Source: Octopus sinensis (Eukaryota). From it: a stretch of DNA of 64,000 nucleotides. Under the pieces are notes generated by a model. The model was not told the origin of the DNA and did not search any database. It was given only the letters and a program-made list of their open reading frames with translations. How positions within the stretch are numbered: position 1 is the stretch's first letter; every line of letters starts with the position of its first letter. A program made the translations under genes and the position numbers. Location: NCBI RefSeq assembly GCF_006345805.1, contig NC_043010.1, forward strand, positions 57,536,001 to 57,600,000, given 5' to 3'. Shown here piece after piece: positions 41,162-53,184 of this stretch.

Positions 41162-41443
41162 TTATGTATGTATGTATATCTATCTGTCTATCTATCTATC
41201 TATCTAAATATACATATACACACACACACACATACATATATATATAAACATGTGTGTGCGTGTGTGTGTGTGTGTATGGATAGATAGATAAATCTTAGAA
41301 AATGGAATGAGTGATATTTTTTATTTAAAATCACTACAATTGTTTTGACACATTTTTACACCTTTAGTACATTGGTGATATATTGTGTTATCATCATCCT
41401 CCATCCAAGGTATAAAATGCACCCACCTCAGGTGATTGCTTAA

Positions 41444-41951
41444 CTCTTTCACTCCTAATGGGACAAATGTATCTCAAGAAAAGATTTTTAATACTAAAGT
41501 GAATTTTCTTCATTTAAAATGTCTTCGGATGGGACAAATCAGGCTCACAGTATAAGGAGTAGGATGGAAAAAGGGAAGAGTTCACTTGTCCAGAAGCGAT
41601 TATCACATGGATTGACAAACTAGAAAATGGTGGACTAAAGTGTTCTTCAGGCGTCTGATGACAGCGGTTTATAACAGCTGTGTTATTCACTCTGAACTTC
41701 ACCACATGAAACCACCATTCATAAATTTCTTAGCAAATGTTTGATTGAGGCAGGAAGGTTGAATTTTCCACAGAAGGGAATGAAATCTTTTGGATGGCTT
41801 TCTAAGAGTTCAAAGTTGATTTTGAGTGCAGGTGATCGTATTCCAGTAAAACCAAAGAGTCACAGAAGATGTAGGAATTGTACTTTGAGGAACAAAGAAA
41901 GGAGGACCCAATACATTTGCCGAAAATGCAACATGGCTTTATGCATGCCTG

Positions 41952-41986
<35 letters not shown>

Positions 41987-43009
41987 GTGTCGTTTAACGT
42001 CTGTTTTCCATGCTAGCATGGGTTGGACGGTTCAACGGGGTCTGGGAAGCCAGAAGGCTGCACCAGGCTCCAGTCTGATCTGGCAGAGTTTCTACAGCTG
42101 GATGCCCTTCCTAACGTCAACCACTCCGTGAGTGTAGTGGGTGCTTTTTACATGCCACCTGCACAGGTGCCAGACGAGGCTGGCAAACGGCCACGATCGG
42201 ATGGTGCTTTTTACATGCCACTGGCACAGGGGCCAGACGAGGCTGGCAATGGCCACAATCGGATGGTGCTTTTTACGTGCCATGGGCACGGGGGCCAGTC
42301 GGGGCAGCGCTGGCAACGGCCACGTTCAGATGGTTCTCTTACGTGCCACCGGCACTGGTATCACAGCTACAATTTCCATTGATGTTGATCGATTTTGATT
42401 TCGATTTTCACTTGCCTCAACAGGTCTTCACAAGTAGGGTTTGTGTCACAAGAAGGAAAGGTATGCATAAGTGGGCTGGCAACACAGCATGTATTTTTGA
42501 ATAATGGTTGTTCTCGTAAATATTATTTAAGAAAAGGAATATAGTCATTAGTCAGTATGATATAACAGAAAAAAAAACTATAAAATTACATGATAAATAT
42601 ATGAGGAAAGAAGTTTATTGATTATTTTATAAGTATTATTTGGAAGGGATCATTATATATGTTATTTTATAAGTGTTGTTCAAAACAATAGTTGTAATTT
42701 ATAATAAATATTCTATGAGAAAGCAATTATAGCTAAATTTTGCATTTGAAATAAATTGTAAGATTTATTTCAGTTTTATTTCTGTAATTTTCTGAACTTG
42801 TTCAATGTGCATGGGAAATACTGTTGGGATAGAATAGTCTCAAGTATTTGTTCATTAGAATACAATTGGGACATTTTTGTCCCACGTTCAGAAATCATAC
42901 GTAGCGATGAAGTTTAGATTTTAATTATGGAAAATAATGAAGGTCTAAAGAAGCGGAAAATGTGGAAAAATAAAATGAAAACTGTTGTACAAAAGTTGGA
43001 GCGAAAAGG
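41444..43009 (+). mobile_element. piggyBac relic (C-terminal CRD retained), interrupted by an RTE 3'-UTR copy
   Basis: TTAA at 41440-43 and 43010-13. TIRs ctctttcactcc / ggagcgaaaagg (9/12). RKWWTKVFFRRLMTAVYNS and CRD CRNC-x11-ICRKCNMALC. Confidence 0.85.
41955..42490 (-). mobile_element. RTE-LINE 3'-UTR copy nested in piggyBac
   Basis: (CAT)n tail followed by the family sequence and tandem ~55-65-bp units. Confidence 0.85.
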
Positions 43010-43087
43010 TTAAAGGAGTCCTTCGCTAGATTCTCTCACCATTTCATTCAAAGGGAAAATACATACTCCAAGTATAAATATATATAT

Positions 43088-43445
43088 ATCATCATCATCA
43101 TTTAACGTCCGTTTTCCATGCTGGCATGGGTTGGACGGTTTGACAGATCCAATCTGATCTGGCTGTGTTTCTACAGCTGGATGCGTTTCCTATCGCCAAC
43201 CACTCCAAGAGTGTTGTGGATGCTTTTTATGTGCTACTGGCATGGGGAGCCAGTCAGGCAGCACTGGCATCAGCCACGTTCGGATGGTGCTTTTTATGCG
43301 CCACCAGCAGAGGAGCCAGTCAGGGCGGGGGTTGGCATTGACCACGTTCGGATGGTACTTTTTACATACCACTGGCACACGGTGCCAATCAGGTGCCACT
43401 GGCAATGACCCACGAATGAATGGTGCTTATTGCGTGCCACGTGCA
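43088..43445 (-). mobile_element. RTE-LINE 3'-UTR copy
   Basis: Same family signature as 41955. Confidence 0.85.
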
Positions 43446-43544
43446 TGCATGTTTGTGTGTAATTATATTATATATTCATTACATTTAGTGTTGACTTTTG
43501 GCAAGAGTACTTGATACCACAGTAGATGTTGATATACACTTAAA

Positions 43545-44395
43545 CAGGGTGTGGTGTATAAATGGCTGTTTGAATTACGCAAAAACAGAAATAACACTGA
43601 CATCTCATTTTAACAGATATCTTTACCAAAATTCCATAAAAATATCCTGAAATACTAAAGAGTAAATTTATCCAATATAATCGCCATTGCCTTCAACTAT
43701 GGCTTCTAGACAACTTTGGAATCTGCTGCAACTCTTCTGGACGATGTTGTATATGCTGGTGAATGCTGCCATAATCCTTGCCTTCAGTTCATCTTTGGTG
43801 TTACAAGGAGTTTTGCTGGTCTCTTGCTCAACTGTGCCCCACACATAATAATCAAGGGGGTTGCAGTGTGGGAGTTAAGTGGCCAGATGTTAAGGGTGAT
43901 ATGTCGCAGAAATTATCTGACAGCCATGACTGGGTTCTTCTGCTTGTGTGGCATGATGAAGAGTCCTATTACCAGACATAGGATCTTCCTCTTGGCCTAG
44001 GACAGCACTACCTCCTCCAGGCACTTGATGTAGGCCTCCATGTTGAGTGTGAGATCATGTGGGAGGATGAATGGAGGCATAATATGACCATCACTAGTGA
44101 TCACTCCAAACACCATGATGTTGGCTGGATGTTTGATTTTTATCACTCTCAGTATACGTCCTCAGATTGATATCCAAACACTCAAATATTCATATTGGAG
44201 CTTCTGGCACGAATACTAAGCTGTACAACATGTCGTTTCCAAATTTCTGGCAGAGTGAATTGCTTCATGGTGCTGTTTTTCTCACAAACGGTGCCCAACT
44301 GACTCTACTATACTGTGTAGCCAACAAAATCAAAAACAATGTGCACGCATGAAATTAAAAATATAAAATGTTGACGATTTACCCACCTCACCCTG
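43545..44395 (-). mobile_element. maT/DD37D-like element, internally deleted
   Basis: TIRs cagggtgtggtgtataaat / cagggtgaggtgggtaaat. Minus translation KHPANIMVFGVITSDGHIMPPF..DSSSCHTSRRTQSWL..NPLDYYVWG..EGNGDYIG*. Confidence 0.85.
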
Positions 44396-44655
44396 TATAT
44401 ATATATATATGTGTGTGGAGGAACAGGTTTTCTTTTATACATGTCTTATTAAATACATGATTACATCAGAGTTTTATCTTTCTTTTATTTTGTATTGTTT
44501 TCATATTTTCTTTCTTCTTTTTAGCTTTATACAATGGGTTCCTAAATCAGAAGAGCTTCTAAATCCATACCTGACATTTTTAGACCTTTACAGTCTCCTT
44601 ACCGAGAATTGAAACGAATATATATATGTATATTTATATATATATATATATATAT

Positions 44656-44765
44656 AAATTAGAAAAAACCACCTTTTATCAGTTCAAAATAAAACATTAA
44701 ATTACACCATCTAGAAAATTACATTGAATTTTTCCCTGTAAGTTTGGAATAATATTCCCTCAAAT

Positions 44766-44803
<38 letters not shown>

Positions 44804-44914
44804 TAGAAAAAACCACCTTTTATCAGTTCAAAATAAAACATTAAATTACACCATCTAGAAAATTACATTGAATTTTTCCCTGTAAGTTTGGAATAATATT
44901 CCCTCAAATTATTA
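44656..44914. repeat. Exact tandem duplication of a 115-bp unit (period 144) separated by (TA)n
   Basis: 44656-44770 is identical by eye to 44800-44914. Confidence 0.9.
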
Positions 44915-45157
44915 TATATATATATATATATATATTATATAGCACCAGTGTTGTTTCTTATATACTGATTAAATTCATGTAGCCTTTCCAACCAGCGGTT
45001 TCTTGACTTTTAGCTTAATGCATCAACTGCTACATGTTCATTTGTTTGGTTAAATTTGGGTCATTAGGTTTTTTAATTTTTCAAATTTTTTCATGTCAGC
45101 AGTCACATGCTAATTTTTTGATGTCTGTATTTGGAACTCTACTGTTCCAAATCAAAT

Positions 45158-45523
45158 GTGGCACACCGTCAGTTACGATGACGAGGGTTCCATTTGATCC
45201 GATCAACAGAACAGCCTGCTCGTGAAATTAATGTGCAAGTGGCTGAGCACTCCACAGACACATGTACCTTTAATGTAGTTCTCGGGTGAAATTCAATGTG
45301 ACGAGGCTGGCTCTTTGAAATACAGGTACAACAGAAACAGGAAGAAAGAATGAGAGAAAGTTGTGGTGAAAGAGTACAGCAGGGTTCGCCACTAACCCCT
45401 GCCGGAGCGTGTGGAGCTTTTAGATGTTTCTGCACAATAAACACTCACAATGCCCAGTCTGAGAATCGAAACCGCGGTCCTATGACTGTGAGTCCGCTGC
45501 CCTAACCACTGGACCACTGTGCC
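45158..45523 (-). mobile_element. tRNA-derived SINE, head H1 + tail T1
   Basis: Minus head ggtccagtggttagggcagcggactc...ggtttcgattc. Tail shared with 48795. Confidence 0.85.
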
Positions 45524-46666
45524 ACCACTCTAAATCAATAATAAAAAGATGACAAGAAAATGTGAAAAATCTAAAAATCTTAAAGATAAAATTTGAACAC
45601 AGTCAAGTATTTAAAGAAACATGCTCACACACACACACACACACACTTTTGTTTGTTGTTAAGATATTAAGGCCTGAATTTTTGTTGTGGCATGGATGGA
45701 GTGTCTCTGCAATATGCTACATCCCCATAATCTTCCATTCTGTACGATCTGCACAGAATGGCCTTACAGCCTGACTCCTGCCATTCTTATATCTCACTCT
45801 GTCGGATACTCTGTCACTTGGCTTCCCCATTACATAAACCAGACCAGAGTCACTTTCTGGCACTTTTGCACCCTGTTGCCTTTTTAGTAGGGGTGCAATT
45901 ACTCTCTCTCTCTTTTTCTCCCTATCTCTCTCTTCCTCTCTCTCTCTCTCTTTCTCTCCCTATATCTCTCTTCCTCTCCCTCTCTCTCTTTCTCTCCCTA
46001 TCTCTCTCTTCCTCTCTCTCTCTCTTTCTCTCTTTCTCTCACTATCTCTCTCTTCCTCTCTCTCTCTCTATCCAAATTACACTCTTTTATTCCTCTTCAT
46101 CCTGCCCCAGGTTTTCAATCCTCAAGATCCAACCACCATGTAGCTAAATATTACTCATACAACAGATCACACCCCATGTTTCCCCATGGATCACAGATCT
46201 TCCACATGCAATAATCCATGTTTCACCACCAGGTAACACTACATACCTTCCTACCATTATTTACACACAAAAATGGAAATTCTTTGTTGCCAACAGACGA
46301 CAACCGCCTAAACTTCTCCTCCCCACCCTCCTTAATCACCAATTACATCAATGTCTTAATTACAGCCATCTATTTCACTAATTACATTACCTAGGTAACA
46401 GGAACTATTAACAATATCTTGTAAGCCAAGTGAGCTGCTTATGAGATAAAGAAGTGAGAGATAAATAACAATAACAATAACAACAACAACAACAATAGTA
46501 AATTAGTTGAGCTGAGATCCATCAAATGTTGGTCAAATCAAAACTTTATTGGTCAAAACAACACAAAAAAAACAATGTCTCACGGATATGTAGATATATA
46601 CCTCTTTATTACATATATATATATATATTATTAAATTAATATCTAATTTTTCACCCTCATTTATGA

Positions 46667-46707
<41 letters not shown>

Positions 46708-46712
46708 CCTTG

Positions 46713-46751
<39 letters not shown>

Positions 46752-46810
46752 CCTTGCTTATATATATATATTTAATATATATTTAATATATAGAATATAT
46801 ATATATATGT

Positions 46811-47010
46811 ATATATTGTATAAAGGGTCCTGGGTAAGGCCAGAATAATGCAAAGTAAATGCAAGCCCAAGAAAATATATAAATTTATTAAAGTAGACTT
46901 TACCTTGCCAGGTAAAGTCTACATTAATTCATTTATTTATTTTCTTGTGATTTGGCTTGCATTTATTTCGCATTGTTCTGGCCTTACCCAGGATCCTTTA
47001 TACAATATAT
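46811..47010. repeat. 200-bp imperfect hairpin (foldback/MITE-like)
   Basis: Arms of ~95-100 bp, from atatattgtataaagg(g/a)tcctgggtaaggccagaa inward to gtagactttacct-tgcc-aggtaaagtctac. Confidence 0.92.
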
Positions 47011-47159
47011 TCTACACAATGCTTCATAGTAATTATATATATATATATATATGGTTATTATATATCTTTCCTTGGCATGTTTCTCTCTCTCATTGTCTTA
47101 TATATATAGCTGTCAATGGTGATATATTTTTTTCTTCTATCATAAAGTTATCAGACGGT

Positions 47160-47585
47160 GTATGCTTGACAAACCAGTGTCTTATTATTGCACATTTGTC
47201 TTATACAGGTGACTATATCTGTTTCACAAACACACTCTTTGATTGTTACACATGTTTCATATAAAGCTGCAAAGTTCTGTGTTTGACAATGTCTGGTTGT
47301 TATACATTTGTCTTTCTCAATTAAGAAGTTTGATGTTTGACAAAAGCGTGTGTCCAGTTGCTACACATTCGCTGTACATAGATGTAAAGATCTGTGTTTG
47401 ACAAACACAATGTCTGATTGCTGTACATGTGTTTTGCACATTAGAAAAGGTTTGTGTTTGACAAACATTGTCTGATCCTTACACATGTCTTACATGTTGA
47501 GTAACTTTTATCTGACAAATTGAATGTTGCATTGCTACATGTATTTTTTAGACATTAAGCATTGATAAACGCAATGTCTGATGAA
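47160..47585. repeat. Degenerate tandem array, ~8 units of 50-61 bp with a GTTTGACAAAC core
   Basis: Core anchors at 47164, 47221, 47281, 47335, 47396, 47456, 47510 and 47560, followed by tgtctgattgctacacat-like sequence. Confidence 0.8.
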
Positions 47586-48213
47586 ACTTTTCTTGTATAA
47601 AATAAGAAAAGAAGAAAAATATGACGAATATCTGTCAGACAGTTTAGGTTATGACCAGTGACTAAAAAGTGACTGAGTCTTCAATTATGATATGTTGTTT
47701 TAGTAAATGTTGCAGGTGAGTCACGGAAGGAAAGATTAGGGGTTCAATCACACCATACACATGTAGTTTGTTTCTTTTTTTATATATTTATAAATCTTTG
47801 TTTTTATAATTAAAAACGAGGGGGAGAACAGATGGTAGGTGGAGGGAACACACAAAGAAACACAGACAGGGTTGCAAATTCCAGAGGGAGGAAGATTATG
47901 AGGAGGATGGATTGGGCTGTTGTTGTTGATATTCAGAGTTCCACGAATGAAATGTTGTGTAGAAAGAAGAAAACAGACAAAGATCCTAAGTGATTCTGGA
48001 TGTTAGTGTTAAGGGTGGCACCACATTGGGGCACAGCTGCTGCTGTTGCTGCTGCTGCTGCTCTTTGAAGCTTTACTGAGTCTCTGCTCTGCTGAAGTCG
48101 GAGATCTGCAGCCAGGGGGCAGGGAACCTCTCTCATACAACCAATCTACCTCTACAACAAAAATAAAAAAAAATTCTCTCAAAGTAAAATGAAGCTAATT
48201 ATTATTATTATTA

Positions 48214-48264
<51 letters not shown>

Positions 48265-48271
48265 CAGTATT

Positions 48272-48303
<32 letters not shown>

Positions 48304-48794
48304 TATTTTCTGCTGGATGTCAAAAAGATGTAATTAACAGATCAATTAGTCACATAACGTTGACAAGGGTTTCACCAAGGTGCAGTAATTAAACTAACGT
48401 TGTTATTAGTGGCAGAACTGGTTGAATAGTTGACAAGATATTTAACTGTGCTCAATTATCTCCCTTAAGTTCTGAGTTCAAATCCTAACAAAACAGATTC
48501 TGTTTCCCATCTCTTATCTTTTTCTTTTTTTTTCTATTTAGCTCTTCTTTATTGTTAAATACATTGATTTGTCATATTTTTTGGTTTCTTTTGCAGTTTT
48601 CATAGCATGTTGGATGGGAAGATGTTGCAAGCCACTAACTCACCTCTCCTCAATTTCTTGATAGAAAGGGCATTATGAGTTATTTCCCCATGGCCCTACT
48701 GTAGACTACAACTGGTTCTAAGAGAGAGAGAGACGAACTGACCCAAGCATTTGACTGGTTCTTTACTTATCACCCCTGAAAGGTCATTATAGAA

Positions 48795-49089
48795 ATGGCA
48801 CTGTTGGTTACCACAATGAGGGTTCCAGTTGATCCGATCAACGGAACAGCCTGTTCATGAAATGAATGGGCAAGAGGCTGAGCACTCCACGGACACGTGA
48901 ACCCTTAATGTAGTTCTCAGGGAGATTAAGTGTGACACAGAACGTTACAGGGCTGCCCCTTTGAATTACAAGTTCCACTCGTTTTTGCCAGCTGAGTGGA
49001 CTGGTGCTGAAGGACACGATGCCCAGTCAGGAACCAAACTTACGACCTTCTGGTCAAGAGCTGAACACCCTAACCCACTAAGCCATTCA
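48795..49089 (-). mobile_element. tRNA-derived SINE, CORE-like head H2 + tail T1
   Basis: Tail gagggttccagttgatccgatcaacggaacagcctg is shared with 45158. Head gtgtcctt..ccagtccactcagctggcaaaaacgagt. Confidence 0.75.
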
Positions 49090-49581
49090 CAAGGATTATT
49101 ATAGCGAACTCTAACCCTAACTCACCAAATGTGGGTCTCCATGCCTCTGTGCCCCTGTGCCTCCGTGCCTCTGTGCCCCTGTGCCTCCATGCCTTTGTCC
49201 CAATTATGGTGGGGCACCATACTACTACACTTTCACTAGTTTATTTCTACTGTCTTTCTCTATTCTGGTTCCTCATCTTGTTGTTGGGGGGGGGGAGTCG
49301 GGGGGGCAGTTTTGTCATTGAATACCAGTAATATACTGAGGTGGAATCAGTCAAAGCTACTCCAACATTCTGAATTTGTGACTGTGAATTGATGTAGGAG
49401 AGAGTGGTGTGGTGGAGTAGTGAACCAGAAACTCTAAAAGTTTTTACTTGTAACACTTTGTGGACTGAGTTCAAATCCTGCTGGAATTGATTTTGTCTTC
49501 CAACCACCTGAGGTCGACAGAATAAATTACCAGTAATATACTGAGGTTTATACAAATGGCTCAACACCTTCTGTATGACAT

Positions 49582-49881
49582 TATGTAACTGAGATTGACC
49601 AGACTATCAGACATTGTAACATATCGCTGATCACAATGCACTTTGCATTATTTTAGCTTTAGAATGATGCTACCCCATTAGATACGCAACCAGGCCAACA
49701 CGACCTGGACTGGAACGGCAATTTGTCAAAGGACTACCCATTTACAGAGGAGTCGAATGGAGAAAATGTGAAGTGAAGTGTTTTGCCCAAGAACACAATA
49801 TGCAGCCGATGTGGGAATCGAAATCATAATCTCATGATTATGAGTGCAACATACCTAACCTCTGGGCCATGCACCTTCACA
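49582..49881 (-). mobile_element. tRNA-derived SINE, CORE-like head H2 + tail T2, with 10-bp TSD
   Basis: Head ...tgtgttcttgggcaaaacacttcac...ctgtaaatgggta. Tail shared with 52582. Direct repeat tgtatgacat at 49572-81 and 49882-91. Confidence 0.8.
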
Positions 49882-50129
49882 TGTATGACATACCAGTAAT
49901 ATACTGTGGTTGCTTTAGTCAGCTATATTCCTTCCCTACAAGGTACCAGTGATATACTGGTATGCTATCACATACATCAATGGTGATTGAGAGAAGAACT
50001 GTACTCAGACCCCTGTGCAGTGGGATTGAACCGGAAACCACATTGAATCCCTCAATTGCAATTTCATGCATTTGATTAACTCATAGCCTAACTTCTACCC
50101 AAAACATTAGCCTAAACAAATCACCAGTA

Positions 50130-50341
50130 TCATCGTTATTGTCATCATCATCATCATCATCGTCGTCGTTGTCATCATCATCATCATCATCGTCATCATC
50201 ATCATCATCATCGTCGTCATCATCGTCATCATCATCATCATCATCGTCGTCGTCGTCATCATCATTGTTATCATCATCATCATCATCATCGTCGTCGTCG
50301 TTGTCATCATCATCATCATCATCATCGTCAGCATCATCATC

Positions 50342-50380
<39 letters not shown>

Positions 50381-50410
50381 GTCGTCATCATCATCATTGC
50401 CATCACCACT
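50130..50410. repeat. (CAT)/(CGT) trinucleotide microsatellite
   Basis: Directly visible; source of the poly-Ser and poly-Met ORFs. Confidence 0.95.
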
Positions 50411-50830
50411 ATTTAACGGTGGCAGTGTGTGAGAGAAGCGGAGACAAAGTCTAAATGTATTTTTATATTTATTTCTGGTCTGTTATTTTCTGAGTTCAAA
50501 TCCTACCCAATCCAGCTGTGCCCTTCACTGTTCAAGCCTTGATGAAATGTACGCCAGTCACATACTTAAGTCCATCGACCCCCCCCCCCATCCCGACCCT
50601 AACCCTAACCCTTGATATTTTTGGCCATGGATTATAAGGGTCTAAATTATTGGTTGTAGCTTTTGTTATATCTCGCTTCAGTTCTCAACCTTCTGGGTTC
50701 AAACCAGACCAGGAGCAACTTTAACTTTCATACAACAACCACACTACAACACACTTGAAGTAGTAGTAGTAGCAGCAGCAGCAGTAGTAGTAGTAGTAGT
50801 AATAGCAGTAGAAGCAGTAGCAGCAGTCAT

Positions 50831-50877
<47 letters not shown>

Positions 50878-50937
50878 GATAGATAGATATATACTTATAT
50901 ATATATAGACAGATAGATAGATTGATAGATAGTTTTA

Positions 50938-51490
50938 GATCATCATCATCGTTTAACGTCCGTTCTCCATGCTAGCACGGGTTGGACGGTTCAACCGGGG
51001 TCTGGGAAGCCAGGGGCTGCACCAGTCTCCAGTCTGATCTGGCAGTGTTTCTACAGCTGGATGCCCTTCCTAACGCCAACCACTCCGTGAGTGTAGTGGG
51101 TGCTTCTTATGTACCACCGGCACAGGTGCCAGGGGAGTCTGGCAGTGGCCACGATCGGTTGGTGCTTTTAACGTGCCACCGGCACGGAAGCCAGTCAAGG
51201 CGGTGCTGGCATCGATCACGTTCGGATGGTGCTTTCTACGTGCCACCGGCACAGAAGCCAGTTGAGGCGGCGCTGGCATCGGCCACGTCCGGATGGTGCT
51301 TTTTATGTGCCACCGGCACAGGTATCACAACTACTATTTCCATTGATATTTATTTCGATGTTCATGTACTTGACTCAAAAGGTCTCCTCAAGCACAGTGG
51401 GATGTTCTGAAATCCAAGGTACTTTGAATGGGCAGGGGCTATGCGGAACTGGTGCAGGAAGCAGCCCGGGTCTTTGCAGTCACAGCATAT
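50938..51490 (-). mobile_element. RTE-LINE 3'-UTR copy with four tandem units
   Basis: Family signature plus repeated gcttt..acgtgccaccggcac. Confidence 0.88.
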
Positions 51491-51754
51491 CTCCAGAGAT
51501 ATATATGTATGCATGTACATAAACATACATACACATGCACAGGCACAGACACACACACACACACACACATGTATATATGGAGATGCAACTGAAGGGTCAT
51601 ACTATTAATATGAAACATGAGGAGATGGTGGGAGGAGTGTTAGTGTGGTGGTAGCAAACAGGAAAGGGAAGAGTGAATCAAAGAACACACACACGTATAT
51701 GGATGTGTGTGTGTGTGTGTATATGGATATATATGTATATATGTATATGTATGT

Positions 51755-52200
51755 ATCATCATCATCATCGTTTAATGTCTGCTTTCCATGCTAGCATGGG
51801 TTGGACGATTTGACTGAGGACTGGTGAAACAGAAGGCTGCACCAGGCTCCAATCTGATCTGGCAGAGTTTCTACAGCTGGATGCCCTTCCTAACGCCAAC
51901 CTCTCCGAGAGTGTTGTGGGCGCTTTTATGTGCCACCGGCATGAGGGCCAGTTAGGCAGTACTGGCAACGACAATGCTCAAATGGTGTTTTTTACGTGCC
52001 ACTTGCACAGGAGCCAGTCCAGCGGCACTGGCAATGACCTCACTCAAATGTTTTTTCATGTACCACCGGCACAAGTGCCAGTAAGGTGACACTGGTAACG
52101 ATCATGCTCAAATGGTGCTTTTTACGTGCCATTGGCACGGAAGCCAGTCAGCTGCTCCGGCAACAATCAGGATCAGATGGTGCTCTTAGCACTCCACTTG
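51755..52200 (-). mobile_element. RTE-LINE 3'-UTR copy
   Basis: Family signature as above. Confidence 0.85.
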
Positions 52201-52227
52201 CACGGATGTATATATGTATATATATAT

Positions 52228-52296
<69 letters not shown>

Positions 52297-52581
52297 ATAT
52301 ATATATATATACATTCGGACTTGCAAGTACAACTGTGTATTTATATTTATGTGTTTATATATCTATGAATCTTTATGTGCTCGTAAATGTTTATTCATTT
52401 ATAAATCTTCGTATGTATATCTCTTATGATAATGTGTTTATAAATTCTTATAAATTTATCATATCTCATATATGTGAACTCATCTGTTTATATTGTATAC
52501 TGTGGAGAATTTCAGTAATTTTAAATTAATTGAATATATACACCGACGTATTTCTCTCATTCTTAATATATAGACATATAT

Positions 52582-52880
52582 ATGGCCCAGTGGTTAGGGC
52601 AGCGGACGCGCGGTTGTAGGATCGCGGTTTCGATTCCCAGACCAGGTGTTGTGAGTGTTTATTGAGAGAAAACACCTAAAGCTCGAAGAGGCTCCGGCAG
52701 GGGCGGGGCGATCCCCGCTGTACCCCTTCTCCGCAACTTTCTCTTACTCTTTTTTCTGTTGGCCTGCTCACTTAGCCTGTGGGTTGGCGTCATTTGAAGG
52801 CTAAAACAATGTGAAGCACATTGTGACCAGCGATGTGTTGCAACATCTGATAGCCTGGTCGGTCATGGTGATCACGGTGA
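52582..52880 (+). mobile_element. tRNA-derived SINE, head H1 + tail T2
   Basis: Head ggcccagtggttagggcagcggac...ggtttcgattccc (as 45523). Tail cacattgtgaccagcgatgtg..catctgatagcctggtc (as 49586, reversed). Confidence 0.85.
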
Positions 52881-52888
52881 CGTATGTA

Positions 52889-52954
<66 letters not shown>

Positions 52955-53184
52955 TATATCTTACTGGTGATGGTCATAAAAGGAGACATAGTAGAGAGAA
53001 TAAGAAATGTAACCGTAGTAAATGTCATTAATGGAAGTTGGGTCTTCGTTTGTCTAATTAGCATCCGTTTTGATATAGTAGTGGTGTGAGAGAGTGAACA
53101 GAGAGGGCCATGAAGCAAATAGGGGTTTAGGAGTCAGGTGAAAGAGATTGTTTTAGGGGGGGGCGGATTCTAGTAGTCATCATC

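Noticed and set aside
47160-47585. CRISPR-like or C2H2 zinc-finger interpretation of the array
   Set aside because: The context is eukaryotic, the whole unit is similar (no unique spacers), the period is not 84 bp and the frames I translated are interrupted by stops.
47700-47722. Plus-strand donor CAG|GTGAGT with a possible 12-nt microexon
   Set aside because: No coherent partner exons or reading frame could be built.
50597-50612. Interstitial telomeric repeat (CCCTAA)
   Set aside because: Only about two units, which is expected by chance or as SINE tail decay.
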